Positions 1 through 10,004 of a DNA stretch of 50,481 bases are shown here, piece after piece. Position 1 is the stretch's first letter. Every line of letters starts with the position of its first letter. Source of the DNA: Bradyrhizobium sp. (lineage in GTDB: Bacteria; Pseudomonadota; Alphaproteobacteria; Rhizobiales; Xanthobacteraceae); NCBI RefSeq assembly GCF_049581145.1, contig NZ_JBAURI010000555.1, positions 1 through 50,481 on the forward strand. Direction: 5' to 3'. The notes below the pieces were generated by a model. That model saw only the letters and a program-made list of their open reading frames with translations, searched no databases and was not told where the DNA came from. A program made the translations under genes and the position numbers.

Positions 1-1
1 C

Positions 2-229
2 AAGATCGACGCCGATTACGACGCCCATGACCGGGTCGGTGCCCAGGCGTTCCTGAGCAAGCATGCTGCCAAGGGCCAGATCGTCACCGGCCTGCTCTAT
101 GTCGATCCGGACTCGGTAGATCTGCACGCCCACCTCAACACGGTGGACAGGCCGCTCAACACGCTCGAGGCCGACGATCTCTGCCCCGGTTCGGCCGCGC
201 TCGAGAAGATCAACGCCAGTTTGCGCTAG
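2..229 (+). CDS. 3' end of probable 2-oxoacid:ferredoxin oxidoreductase beta subunit (partial, runs in from window edge)
   Basis: Open frame 2 translates KIDADYDAHDRVGAQAFL...GQIVTGLLYVDPDSVDLHAHLNT...LCPGSAALEKINASLR*, stop TAG 227-229. YD..DR..A and TGLLYVD resemble OFOR beta C-termini. Confidence 0.7.
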   Translation, partial: KIDADYDAHDRVGAQAFLSKHAAKGQIVTGLLYVDPDSVDLHAHLNTVDRPLNTLEADDLCPGSAALEKINASLR

Positions 230-258
230 CCTGCGGCGGCCGGGACGGGCGCGCGGAG

Positions 259-1557
259 TTACGGCTTTGACGCAAAGGCTCCCAACAGGCCCTTCCATTC
301 GCGGTCGAGGCGCGCCAGCGCGTCGACAAGCGGCGGGACCGAAAGGTCGCCGCCGGCCTCGGCAAGCAGATCGAGGCTCCTCAAGCGCGTCAGCGCATCC
401 TCGATCTCGAAAGCGACCTGGATGCCGAACACGCGCGTCAGCAACTCCTCGATGCGCGCGCCGAGCCCTTCGCGGGTCAGCGGCGCTTCGGCAATGAGCA
501 GGGCATAATAGGCCAGCAGCGCTTCCTTCCAGTCCTGCTCCTCTGCCTCGCCGATCAGGTAATTGAAGATTCCGGAATTGTTGTTGACGTTGCGATAATA
601 GATGTTTTCAGTGAGCTGCTTTTCGTGGATCAGCGAGCGGCGGTGGAAATTTCCCCACTGCCGCGGCACGAAAGCGCCGAGCGCAAACAGGCCGCTGAGC
701 GCGGCCAGCGCCTGCTCGGTGTCGTTATCGTGCATTGTTCCATTGAAGCCGAGATAGAACCCGGCGACGACGAACAGGACCGTCAACGTCGAGGCGACCT
801 TGAGCAGGATCGGTATGCCGCCCACCAGCGCCGGCACGCCCAGCGAAAACTGGTCGAACAGGCTCATCACCACGCGCACATTCGGAAACAGCGCCTCGAG
901 ATCGCCGCGCGCGACGTGCCGGAAATATTTGAACAGCACCGCCCCGCTTCGGATCTTCTGCTGGCTTCGCTTGGCGCTCGCGAGCGCCTTGTGCCGGCTG
1001 GCAGCCGTCGCGTCCTCCGGTCTCGTCGCTACCATCAGCACGACGTCATCATAAACATCGACCTTCAGCGGACGCCGGCGCAAGCCAAACCAGATCGGAG
1101 TTTCGATGGTTTCCATGTGATGTCCACGCCGGAACATGCGGACATCGCGATAGTCCTCGATCGGCACCTTGATCTTCACCCGCACCAGGGCCTGCTCGGC
1201 AAAAGCCTGCATGATCTCAGCGTGCGGAATTTCGACGAAATTGGCCTCGGTGAGAACACGGACGAATTCATCGCCGAGGACGCGATAGGCTGCGTCGAGC
1301 TCGCTCGGCGAACGACAGGCTTTCGGATCGACCTGCGGGTCAAAATAAAAATACGTCTCGCGCAGCCGCTCGAGCTCTTCGAAATGGCGGTAGTGAAAAA
1401 TGGCGCCCAGCATGCGCGCCAATTGCCGAAAGCCGGCTTCGCGGGCGGCGTCGAGATGGCCGTCGGCGACGAGGCCGTCAATGATGTCCGACTTCCGCAG
1501 CGGAACGAAACGATCCCGCTTGAGCGGCGCGGCCATCCCGCCTTGCGCTTCATTCAC
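259..1557 (-). CDS. TMEM143/DUF3754-family membrane protein
   Basis: 432 aa. Contains RDRFVPLRK, LFKYF..V...DLEALFPN, two hydrophobic segments, and IYYRNVNNNSG...AEEQDWKEALLAYY, typical of DUF3754. Confidence 0.75.
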   Translation of the reverse strand: MNEAQGGMAAPLKRDRFVPLRKSDIIDGLVADGHLDAAREAGFRQLARMLGAIFHYRHFEELERLRETYFYFDPQVDPKACRSPSELDAAYRVLGDEFVRVLTEANFVEIPHAEIMQAFAEQALVRVKIKVPIEDYRDVRMFRRGHHMETIETPIWFGLRRRPLKVDVYDDVVLMVATRPEDATAASRHKALASAKRSQQKIRSGAVLFKYFRHVARGDLEALFPNVRVVMSLFDQFSLGVPALVGGIPILLKVASTLTVLFVVAGFYLGFNGTMHDNDTEQALAALSGLFALGAFVPRQWGNFHRRSLIHEKQLTENIYYRNVNNNSGIFNYLIGEAEEQDWKEALLAYYALLIAEAPLTREGLGARIEELLTRVFGIQVAFEIEDALTRLRSLDLLAEAGGDLSVPPLVDALARLDREWKGLLGAFASKP

Positions 1558-1644
1558 GAAGCCACTGCCCTACGCTGACCAACGACCGGCCAAGGCTTAT
1601 CCCGAAAATCGATGGCCGCCAATAGCTGTTGCGTCAGGCGCGCG

Positions 1645-3219
1645 TCAGGCCGCCGCGGCGAGCGACCGTGGGTTCAGGACATATTCCTTCAATACCTTGT
1701 CCGCAGCGTCGACCTCGACCAGCGAGACGTCGTAGCTCCAGAGATCGGCAAGGTGCTGGAGCACGCGCTTGGCATCGGTCTCATTGAGCTGCGCGCCCTT
1801 CACCACGGCGTGGCGCAGCATCAGCCGGCGATCGCCGGCAAGGTCGACATCGACGACCTCGATATTGGCGTCGATGTAGCCGACATCGTGCTGCTTGGCC
1901 AGTTCGCGCCGGATCCGGCGATAACCACGCTCATTGTGGATGGCGTCGACCTTGATGCCGGCGCGCTCCTCCGGATCGTCATGCAGGTGGAACAGCCGCA
2001 GATGACGCATCAATCGCGGACTCAGGAACTGGCTGATAAAACTCTCGTCGCGATAATTGGCCCAGACGTCGCGCAGCACGCCCATGACGTCGCCGGTGCC
2101 GGCGATGTCGGCGAACCATTCGCGGTCCTCCTCGTCGGGATTCGACACGATGCGCTCGATGTCCTGCATCATCGCAAAACCGAGCGCATACGGATTAAAT
2201 CCGGAGAAGCGAGGGTCGTCGAATTCGGGCTGGAACACCACATTGGTGTGCGATTGCAGGAATTCGAGGAAATTGCCGTCGGAAATCCGCCCCTGCTCGT
2301 GCAGCCGGTTCATGATTCGGTAGTGCACATAGGTCGCGGTGCCCTCGTTCATGACCTTGGTCTGGCTCTGCGGATAGAAATATTGCGCGATGTGACGCAC
2401 GATGCGCAGCAGCTCGCGCTGCCAGGGCTGCAGCCGCGGCGCCGACTTTTCCAGGAAATACAGCAGGTTTTCCTGCGGCAATCCGAGCAGCCGCCGACGG
2501 CGTTCGATGCTAAGGACGGCATTGCTCTTGGCCGGCCCGGTCGGAACGGTCCGCCACAGATCGTTGAACTCGCTTTCTTCCTGCAGCCGGCGCTTGCCGG
2601 CCCGCTTTTCCTCATCGCGCAGGTCGAGCTTCTTCTTGCCCGGATAGCGATCGATGCCGTGCGACATCAGGGCATGCGCGGCATCGAGCGTCTTTTCGAC
2701 CACGACCCGGCCATGGCGCTCCTCGCATTGCGCGACATAGCGTTTGGCGAATTCGAGATAGTCCAAAATACCGTCGGCGTCGGTCCATTGCTTGAACAGA
2801 TAGTTGTTCTTGAAGAAGTGGTTATGGCCGAACGCGGCGTGGGCGATCACCAGCGCCTGCATCGTCGCCGTGTTCTCCTCCATCAGATAGGAGATACACG
2901 GCGACGAGTTGATGACGATCTCATAGGCGAGACCCATCAGGCCCTTGCGGTACGACGCTTCGTGAAAGGCGAAGTGCTTGCCGAACGACCAGTGCTTGTA
3001 GAACAGCGGCATGCCGACCGAAGAGTACGCGTCGAGCATCTGTTCGGCGGTGATGACTTCGATCTGGTTCGGATAGACATCGAGCCCGAGCTCGGAGCGC
3101 GCGATATTGTCGCAGGCATCATGGATGCGCTGCAAGGTCAGGAAGTCCCAATCCGCCCCCTGGAACAACAGCTTGCCGGCTCCGGTCAGGTCTCTTGAGG
3201 TCATGTCTGTCGCGGTCAT
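1645..3219 (-). CDS. spoVR: SpoVR-family protein (YcgB-like)
   Basis: LDVYPNQIEVI, HWSFGK, LAYEIVINSSP, HAAFGHNHFFKNN, QTKVMNEG motifs; start overlaps the yeaH stop. Confidence 0.93.
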   Translation of the reverse strand: MTATDMTSRDLTGAGKLLFQGADWDFLTLQRIHDACDNIARSELGLDVYPNQIEVITAEQMLDAYSSVGMPLFYKHWSFGKHFAFHEASYRKGLMGLAYEIVINSSPCISYLMEENTATMQALVIAHAAFGHNHFFKNNYLFKQWTDADGILDYLEFAKRYVAQCEERHGRVVVEKTLDAAHALMSHGIDRYPGKKKLDLRDEEKRAGKRRLQEESEFNDLWRTVPTGPAKSNAVLSIERRRRLLGLPQENLLYFLEKSAPRLQPWQRELLRIVRHIAQYFYPQSQTKVMNEGTATYVHYRIMNRLHEQGRISDGNFLEFLQSHTNVVFQPEFDDPRFSGFNPYALGFAMMQDIERIVSNPDEEDREWFADIAGTGDVMGVLRDVWANYRDESFISQFLSPRLMRHLRLFHLHDDPEERAGIKVDAIHNERGYRRIRRELAKQHDVGYIDANIEVVDVDLAGDRRLMLRHAVVKGAQLNETDAKRVLQHLADLWSYDVSLVEVDAADKVLKEYVLNPRSLAAAA

Positions 3220-4496
3220 GGCGCGGCCTTTTCGTGTTTTCCGCGGCGCTGGAAAAGATCGTGAAACACCGGGAAGATTTCGCTGCGGTCGCTGACCTTG
3301 CGCATCGACAGCGGCACGCCCTCGGCACGCAACCGCTCATATAGGCTCCAGAGCGCGGAATCCGGCATTTCAAACGAATGCCCACCGGCATCGCCAACCT
3401 CGAGATAGGCGAAGAACTGACAGGCCGGCAATATCTTCTCGGTCAGCAGGCTGCCGACGACCTGACCATCGGCGTGAGAATTGTCGCCGTCGGACGCCTG
3501 CGCGGCGTAGATGTTCCAGTCCGCCGGCCGGAACCGCGACCGCACGATCTCGTGCATCGCCTCCAGCGCGCTCGAGACCAGCGTGCCGCCAGACGCCGGA
3601 CCATGGAAGAATGTATCCTCGTCGACCTCTTCGGCCCGGTCGGTATGGCGGATGAAGACGATCTCGACGTGACGATAACGCCGCTTCAGGAACACGTAGA
3701 GCAGCATGTAGAACCGCTTGGCGAGGTCCTTCATGTGCTCCGACATCGAACCGGACACGTCCATCAGGCAGAACATCACGGCCTGGGCAACCGGCTTCGG
3801 TTTGGTTTCGAAGCGGCGATAGCGAATGTCGATCGGGTCGATGAACGGGATGCGGCGGGCCTTTGCCTTCAAGGCTTCAATTTCCGCCATCAATTCAAGG
3901 CGACGGGCCTCATCGGACTCCTCCGCCAGCTCCGCCTCGAGCTCCGCGATGTCTTCCGGCCGTGGCCGCCGCAACGCCACCCGCCGCGCCATCGCCCGGC
4001 TCACGGTGCGGCTCACCGAAATGTTCGCAGGCGAGCCCGACGTCGCGTAGCCGGCCCGCTCGATCCCCTCGCTTTCGGCCTCGGCGAGCTTTCGTTTGGC
4101 GAGATCGGGCAATTCGAGGTCATCGAGGAACAGATCGACGAACTCGTCGCGGCTCAGGACGAAGCGGAATGCGTCCTCGCCGTCACCCTCGCCTGGCGAC
4201 GTCTTCCTGCCGCTTCCACCACCGGAGCGCGGAAGCATGTCGCCCTCGATGAACTTCTTGTTCCCGGGCAGCACCATGTCGCGGGTGCCGCCCTCGCGCC
4301 GAAACCGGGGCTCATCCATGCCGTCGAGCGGGATACTGATCTCGCCGCCCTCGAGCACGTCCTTGATGTCGCGATCCTGCGATGACTTCTTGACCGCACC
4401 TTGAACGAGCGCCTTCGCACGGCGCAAGAACCGCTGACGGTTCTCAAGACTCTTGCTGCCCGGGTTCAGTCTCCGGTCGACGATGTGAATTGCCAC
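3216..4496 (-). CDS. yeaH: YeaH/YhbH (DUF444) vWA-like protein
   Basis: IVDRRLN..KSLENRQRF, FCLMDVSGSM, VFIRHT, SGGTLVSSAL, QASDGDN; lies between prkA and spoVR. Confidence 0.93.
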   Translation of the reverse strand: MAIHIVDRRLNPGSKSLENRQRFLRRAKALVQGAVKKSSQDRDIKDVLEGGEISIPLDGMDEPRFRREGGTRDMVLPGNKKFIEGDMLPRSGGGSGRKTSPGEGDGEDAFRFVLSRDEFVDLFLDDLELPDLAKRKLAEAESEGIERAGYATSGSPANISVSRTVSRAMARRVALRRPRPEDIAELEAELAEESDEARRLELMAEIEALKAKARRIPFIDPIDIRYRRFETKPKPVAQAVMFCLMDVSGSMSEHMKDLAKRFYMLLYVFLKRRYRHVEIVFIRHTDRAEEVDEDTFFHGPASGGTLVSSALEAMHEIVRSRFRPADWNIYAAQASDGDNSHADGQVVGSLLTEKILPACQFFAYLEVGDAGGHSFEMPDSALWSLYERLRAEGVPLSMRKVSDRSEIFPVFHDLFQRRGKHEKAAP

Positions 4497-4512
4497 ATTC
4501 TCCTCATTCGCC

Positions 4513-6456
4513 TCAGCCAGCCTGCTTCACGCGCATATACCATTCCACGAGGCGTCTCACCTGTCTCTCAGTGTAACCTCGCTCCGTCATGCGCGCAACG
4601 AACTCGCCATGCTTCTTCTCGGTTTCGCTGTCCTTCTTCGAACCGAACGAAATCACTGGAAGCAGATCTTCAACCTGCGAGAATATCCTTTTTTCGATGA
4701 CTTCGCGGATCTTCTCGTAAGACGTCCAGCTCGGATTCTTACCGCCGTGCTGAGCCCGCGACCGCAGCGAGAACTTGACGATTTCGTTGCGGAAATCCTT
4801 CGGATTGGCGATTCCGGCGGGCTTCTCGATCTTCGTCAGTTCCTGATTGAGCAGTTCGCGATTGAGCAACTGACCGGTGTCGGGATCCTTGAAATCCTGA
4901 TCCTCGATCCAGGCATCGGCATAATCCACATAGCGGTCAAACAGATTCTGGCCATAATCGGAATAGGATTCCAGATAGGCCTTTTGGATTTCGTGGCCGA
5001 TGAATTCGGCGTAGCGGGGCGCCAGCTCGGCCTTGATGAACTCGAGGTAGCGCTTCTCGACTTCCTCGGGCAGCTGTTCGCGCCGGATCGCCTGCTCCAG
5101 CGCATACATCAGGTGCACCGCGTCAGCGGCAAGTTCCGTGGTGTCGTGGTTGAAGGTCGCGGCCAGCACCTTGAAGGCAAAACGCGTCGAGGTGCCGTCC
5201 ATCCCCTCATCGACGCCGGCGGCGTCCTTGTATTCCTGAACGCTGCGCGCCTTCGGATCGGACTCCTTCAGGCTTTCGCCGTCATAAACCCGCATTTTCG
5301 CAAACACGGTCGAATTTTCGTGCTTGCGCAGGCGCGACATCACCGAGAAGCGCGCCAGGGTCTCAAGCGTCGCCGGCGCGCACGGCGCGCTGGCGAGTTC
5401 GGACCCCTGGATCAGCTTCTCGTAGATCTTCTGCTCCTCGGTTACCCGCAGGCAGTACGGGACCTTGATGACGCAGATACGGTCGATGAAGGCTTCATTG
5501 TTCTTGTTGGACTTGAAGCTCTGCCATTCCGACTCGTTGGAATGCGCGAGGATGACACCCGTGAACGGGATCGCGCCGATGTTCTCCGTGCCGATGTAAT
5601 TGCCTTCCTGCGTCGCGGTCAAAAGCGGATGCAGCATCTTGATCGGCGCCTTGAACATCTCGACGAACTCGAGCACGCCTTGATTGGCGCGGTTCAAGCC
5701 GCCGGAATAGCTGTAGGCATCCGGATCGTTTTGCGCGAACGTCTCGAGCTTGCGGATATCGACCTTGCCGACCAGCGAGGAGATGTCCTGGTTGTTCTCG
5801 TCGCCGGGCTCGGTCTTTGCGATGCCGATCTGCCGCAGCCGCGACGGCTGGATCTTGGCGACCCGGAATTGCGAGATATCGCCGCCGAACGCTTCCAGGC
5901 GCTTGTAGCACCACGGCGACATCAACCCGCTCAGCCGGCGGCGCGGAATGCCGTATTTCTCCTCGAGCATCGGCCCGAGCGCTTCCGGATCGAACAGGCT
6001 CAACGGGCTCTCGAACACCGGGCTGAGTTCGTCCCCGGCCTTGAGCACATAGATCGGATGCGTCTCCATCAGCAGCTTCAGCCGTTCGGCCAGCGACGAC
6101 TTGCCGCCGCCGACCGGTCCGAGCAGATAGAGAATCTGCTTGCGCTCTTCGAGACCTTGGGCGGCGTGACGAAAGAAACCGACGATACGCTCGATGGTTT
6201 CTTCCATGCCGTGGAAGCCGGCGAACGCCGGATAGGATCGGATCGTACGGTTGGAAAAGATACGGCCAAGGCGAGGGTCCTTGGCCGTGTCAATCATCTG
6301 AGGTTCACCGATCGCAGCTAGTAGTCGTTCGGCGGCGTTGGCGTATCGCATCGGATCGCTTCGACACGATTCCAGATATTCTGTCATCGACATATCCGCT
6401 TGCCTTCGCGCGTCGAAGGACCTAGCGAAAGCGTTGAACAGAGAATCGTTATACAT
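4513..6456 (-). CDS. prkA: PrkA/YeaG AAA+ serine/threonine kinase
   Basis: Walker A GPVGGGKS, EPGDENNQDIS, EFVEMFKAP, NEAFIDR. ATG at 6456 follows RBS GGAGAGAGG. Confidence 0.95.
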   Translation of the reverse strand: MYNDSLFNAFARSFDARRQADMSMTEYLESCRSDPMRYANAAERLLAAIGEPQMIDTAKDPRLGRIFSNRTIRSYPAFAGFHGMEETIERIVGFFRHAAQGLEERKQILYLLGPVGGGKSSLAERLKLLMETHPIYVLKAGDELSPVFESPLSLFDPEALGPMLEEKYGIPRRRLSGLMSPWCYKRLEAFGGDISQFRVAKIQPSRLRQIGIAKTEPGDENNQDISSLVGKVDIRKLETFAQNDPDAYSYSGGLNRANQGVLEFVEMFKAPIKMLHPLLTATQEGNYIGTENIGAIPFTGVILAHSNESEWQSFKSNKNNEAFIDRICVIKVPYCLRVTEEQKIYEKLIQGSELASAPCAPATLETLARFSVMSRLRKHENSTVFAKMRVYDGESLKESDPKARSVQEYKDAAGVDEGMDGTSTRFAFKVLAATFNHDTTELAADAVHLMYALEQAIRREQLPEEVEKRYLEFIKAELAPRYAEFIGHEIQKAYLESYSDYGQNLFDRYVDYADAWIEDQDFKDPDTGQLLNRELLNQELTKIEKPAGIANPKDFRNEIVKFSLRSRAQHGGKNPSWTSYEKIREVIEKRIFSQVEDLLPVISFGSKKDSETEKKHGEFVARMTERGYTERQVRRLVEWYMRVKQAG

Positions 6457-6849
6457 GACCTCTCTCCGCATATGGGCGGCTTCGCCGCCGAGACGGGACC
6501 ACAGCGTCCCTGTGCCACCGGTGCCTTGCCCGCACCCGATGTCGAATCACGGTGAAGCTCATTGTGCCAATTGGACACTCCCCAGACTTTCTGGCGCAAT
6601 GCACAATGCGGGCACCATCCGAGTTACGAACAGGCAATTGCCTAATTCTTAGGCGAAAGCATGCCCGCGGGGACCGATTTCTCCCCGATGTAACTACAAG
6701 GCAACATCCATACCGGTCAGGAAACCTGACGAAAGACCAGAGGGAACGGTATGGCCGTCCCGCTTTTTGCTTCGGAATTTTGAACGCGGGCGCTTCCGAG
6801 TTCACCAAACCTGCCCTGACTGACGCAACCTGCGCATACATGTAGGGCT

Positions 6850-6874
6850 AATTCCCCCGTCAGCCTAGCGTTCC
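6850..6874 (-). promoter_or_regulatory. Candidate EcfG (general stress sigma) promoter for the prkA operon
   Basis: Minus strand GGAAC-gctaggctgacggggg-AATT (N16), about 400 bp upstream of the prkA ATG; -10 box is imperfect. Confidence 0.45.
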
Positions 6875-7131
6875 CGCGACGCAACTATTTGATTTGCGTC
6901 AGTTTGTAGCGATTTTGTTTGTGGCGGTAGATGTCGCCACACTTGTCGGATTACCGACGCGAAGGCAACCTCCTCCAGATCGAACCTCCACGGATCGATA
7001 TGATGTGAGTGGCGTTATCCGCTCACGCCCCCCAATATGTTCGGGACAACTGCTTTTCAGGGACCGTCGACAAGGATCGGCGCCCCGCCAGAAGTGCCAC
7101 CGAACGACCCGTCTCGGATCGGAAAAACATC

Positions 7132-9978
7132 ATGAACCCTGTCAAAGCACTCGAAGACCACGGCCAGGCGGTCTGGCTCGACTTTCTGGCCCGCGGCTTC
7201 GTCGCCAAGGGCGACCTGCAGAAGCTGATCGACACCGACGGCGTCAAAGGCGTGACGTCGAACCCGTCGATCTTCGAGAAGGCGATCGGGAGTTCGGACG
7301 AATACGATGCGCCGATCGGCAAGGCGCTGAAAAGCGGCGACCGTACGGTCGCCGACCTGTTCGAGGGATTGGCGATCGAGGACATCCAGCACGCGGCCGA
7401 CGTGTTGCGCCCGGTGTACGATCAGTTCAAGGGCAATGACGGCTTCGTCAGCCTGGAGGTCTCGCCCTACCTCGCGCTCGATACCAAGGCCACCATCGCC
7501 GAGGCGGAGCGCCTATGGCAGCACGTCAAGCGCAAGAACCTGCTGGTCAAGGTGCCGGCAACGTCGCAGGGCCTGCCGGCGATCGAGCATCTGATCGGCG
7601 AAGGCATCAGCATCAACGTTACGCTGTTGTTCTCGCAAAAGGTCTACCTCGAGGTCGCCGAGGCCTATCTCGCCGGTCTCGAAAAATATGTCGCCGCAGG
7701 CGGCGACCCCGCGCATGTGGCGAGCGTCGCGAGCTTCTTCGTCAGCCGCATCGACAGCATGGTGGACAAGCAGCTCGATGAGAAGATCGCGCGGGCCAAC
7801 GACCCGAGCGAGAAGGAAAGGCTGGCGGCATTGAAGGGCAAGGTCGCGATTGCCAACGCCAAACTCGCCTACCAGGACTACAAGCGGCTGTTTGCCGGCC
7901 CGCGCTGGGACAAGCTCGCCGCCAAGGGCGCCAAGCCGCAACGACTGCTGTGGGCATCGACCGGCACCAAGAACAAGGCCTATCGCGACGTGCTCTACGT
8001 CGAAGAATTGATCGGGCCCAACACGGTCAACACCGTCCCGCCAGCGACCCTCGATGCGTTTCGCGATCATGGCAAGGTGCGCGACAGCCTCGAGGAAAAC
8101 GTCGAGGACGCCAGACAGGTGCTTGCCGAACTGGAGAAATCCGGTGTCTCGCTCGATGCGATCACGGCCGAGCTGGTCGAAGACGGGGTCAGGCAATTCG
8201 CCGACGCCGCGGACAAGCTGTACGGCGCGGTGGCGCATAAGCGGGCGGTGGTGCTCGGTGGCGCGATTGACCATCAGCATCTGGCGCTCGGAAACCATAT
8301 CGGCCAGGCGGTCGAGAAGAGCACTGAGGAATGGCGCGCTTCGGCCAAGATCCGCGGGGTCTGGCAGCACGACAAAACGGTGTGGACTGGCACAGACGAG
8401 GACAAGTGGCTCGGCTGGCTCGACAGCCCGGCGGACGCCGACCTCGCCGATTACGAGGATTTCGCCCGGCGCGTGAAGGGGGAGCAATTCACCGACGCGG
8501 TGGTGCTCGGCATGGGCGGATCGAGCCTGGGGCCGGAAGTGCTGGCGGAAACCTTCCCGCGGAAGGCCGGTTTTCCCAAATTGCACGTCCTCGACTCCAC
8601 CGATCCGGCGCAGGTACGGGCGATGGAAAAGGCGGTCAATATCGCCAAGACGCTGTTTATCATTTCCAGCAAGTCCGGCGGCACCACCGAACCGAACGTG
8701 ATGAAGGATTATTTCTTCGACCGCGTGTCGAAGGCGATCGGCGCCGAGCAGGCCGGCCACCGCTTCATCGCGGTCACTGACCCCGGGTCATCGCTGGAGA
8801 AAGTTGCGACCAAACAGGGATTTGCCCGCGTCTTCCATGGCGAGCCAACGATTGGCGGACGCTATTCGGTGCTATCGCCGTTCGGTCTGGTGCCGGCCGC
8901 GACCGCCGGCATCGACGTGCGCAGCCTGATCCAGCATGCGCTGGCGATGGTGCGCTCCTGCGGACCGGACGTGCCGCCGCAGCAAAATCCCGGCGTGCAG
9001 CTGGGGCTTGCCATGGGGCTTGCGGGCCTGGAAGGCCGCGACAAGGTCACGATCCTGTCATCGAAGAAGATCGCCGATTTCGGCGCCTGGGCCGAGCAGC
9101 TGATCGCGGAATCGACCGGCAAGGAAGGCAAGGGCCTGATTCCGATCGACGGCGAGCCGTTGGGCGACCCGGCCGTCTACGGCGACGACCGCTTCTTCAT
9201 CGATGTCCGGACCGAGGGCGAAGACGACGCCGCACATGACGATAAGCTCTCGGCGCTGGAACAAGCCGGCCATCCCGTGGTTCGCATTGTGATGAAATCG
9301 ATCGACCACATCGGCCAGGAATTCTTCCGCTTCGAGATCGCAACTGCGGTCGCCGGCGCCATCCTCGGCATCAATCCGTTCAATCAGCCGGACGTCGAGG
9401 ACGCCAAGATCAAGACCCGTGAACTGACCGCTTCGTTCGAAAAGACCGGCGCGTTGCCGCCCGAAAACCCGGTCGTGACCACCGATGAGGCTGATCTCTT
9501 CACCGATGACGCCAATGCCGCGGAGTTGCGGCAGGCCGGCGCCAATGGCGATCTGGGCTCCTGGCTGAAGGCGCATCTCACCCGTTCGCGCGCCGACGAC
9601 TATATCGCACTGCTGGCCTATATCGAGCGCGACGCCGAGCATATCGAGACCCTGCAGGACATGCGGCTCAAGCTGCGCGAGAGCCGTCATGTCGCGACCT
9701 GCGCCGAGTTCGGCCCGCGTTTCCTGCATTCGACCGGCCAAGCCTACAAGGGCGGTCCCGACAGCGGTGTGTTCCTGCAGATCACCGCAGAGGACGCCAA
9801 GGACCTCGCGGTGCCCGGGCAAAAGGCGAGCTTCGGCGTGATCAAGGCGGCGCAGGCGCGTGGCGATTTCGACGTGCTGACCGGGCGCGGCCGGCGGGCG
9901 CTGCGGGTCCATCTGAAGGGCGATCTCGCCTCGGGGCTGAAGATGCTCGATGCCGCGATCGAGGAAGCGTTGAGTTAG
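7132..9978 (+). CDS. tal: Bifunctional transaldolase / phosphoglucose isomerase
   Basis: N-terminal GVTSNPSIFEKA, VSLEVSP, VKVPAT, NVTLLFS, ASFFVSRID, LWASTGTK; C-terminal PGI GMGGSSLG, SSKSGGT, IGGRYS, QLIAESTGKEG, NPFNQPDVE. ATG at 7132. Confidence 0.93.
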   Translation: MNPVKALEDHGQAVWLDFLARGFVAKGDLQKLIDTDGVKGVTSNPSIFEKAIGSSDEYDAPIGKALKSGDRTVADLFEGLAIEDIQHAADVLRPVYDQFKGNDGFVSLEVSPYLALDTKATIAEAERLWQHVKRKNLLVKVPATSQGLPAIEHLIGEGISINVTLLFSQKVYLEVAEAYLAGLEKYVAAGGDPAHVASVASFFVSRIDSMVDKQLDEKIARANDPSEKERLAALKGKVAIANAKLAYQDYKRLFAGPRWDKLAAKGAKPQRLLWASTGTKNKAYRDVLYVEELIGPNTVNTVPPATLDAFRDHGKVRDSLEENVEDARQVLAELEKSGVSLDAITAELVEDGVRQFADAADKLYGAVAHKRAVVLGGAIDHQHLALGNHIGQAVEKSTEEWRASAKIRGVWQHDKTVWTGTDEDKWLGWLDSPADADLADYEDFARRVKGEQFTDAVVLGMGGSSLGPEVLAETFPRKAGFPKLHVLDSTDPAQVRAMEKAVNIAKTLFIISSKSGGTTEPNVMKDYFFDRVSKAIGAEQAGHRFIAVTDPGSSLEKVATKQGFARVFHGEPTIGGRYSVLSPFGLVPAATAGIDVRSLIQHALAMVRSCGPDVPPQQNPGVQLGLAMGLAGLEGRDKVTILSSKKIADFGAWAEQLIAESTGKEGKGLIPIDGEPLGDPAVYGDDRFFIDVRTEGEDDAAHDDKLSALEQAGHPVVRIVMKSIDHIGQEFFRFEIATAVAGAILGINPFNQPDVEDAKIKTRELTASFEKTGALPPENPVVTTDEADLFTDDANAAELRQAGANGDLGSWLKAHLTRSRADDYIALLAYIERDAEHIETLQDMRLKLRESRHVATCAEFGPRFLHSTGQAYKGGPDSGVFLQITAEDAKDLAVPGQKASFGVIKAAQARGDFDVLTGRGRRALRVHLKGDLASGLKMLDAAIEEALS

Positions 9979-10004
9979 AAGTTGAGTTGGAAAGGAATTT
10001 CTAG

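Noticed and set aside
6555..6570. TTGGCAC on the minus strand upstream of prkA as a sigma-54 promoter
   Set aside because: GG-to-GC spacing is 8 rather than the required 10, and there is no TTGC.
7009..7131. N-terminal extensions in the ORF track (also 6457-6471, 15828-15959, 17206-17277, 19358-19483, 30771-30992, 37226-37381, 46443-46853)
   Set aside because: Downstream starts have better RBSs or match where family similarity begins.
7132..9978. Tal-Pgi fusion as a novelty
   Set aside because: Bifunctional transaldolase/phosphoglucose isomerase is an established architecture.
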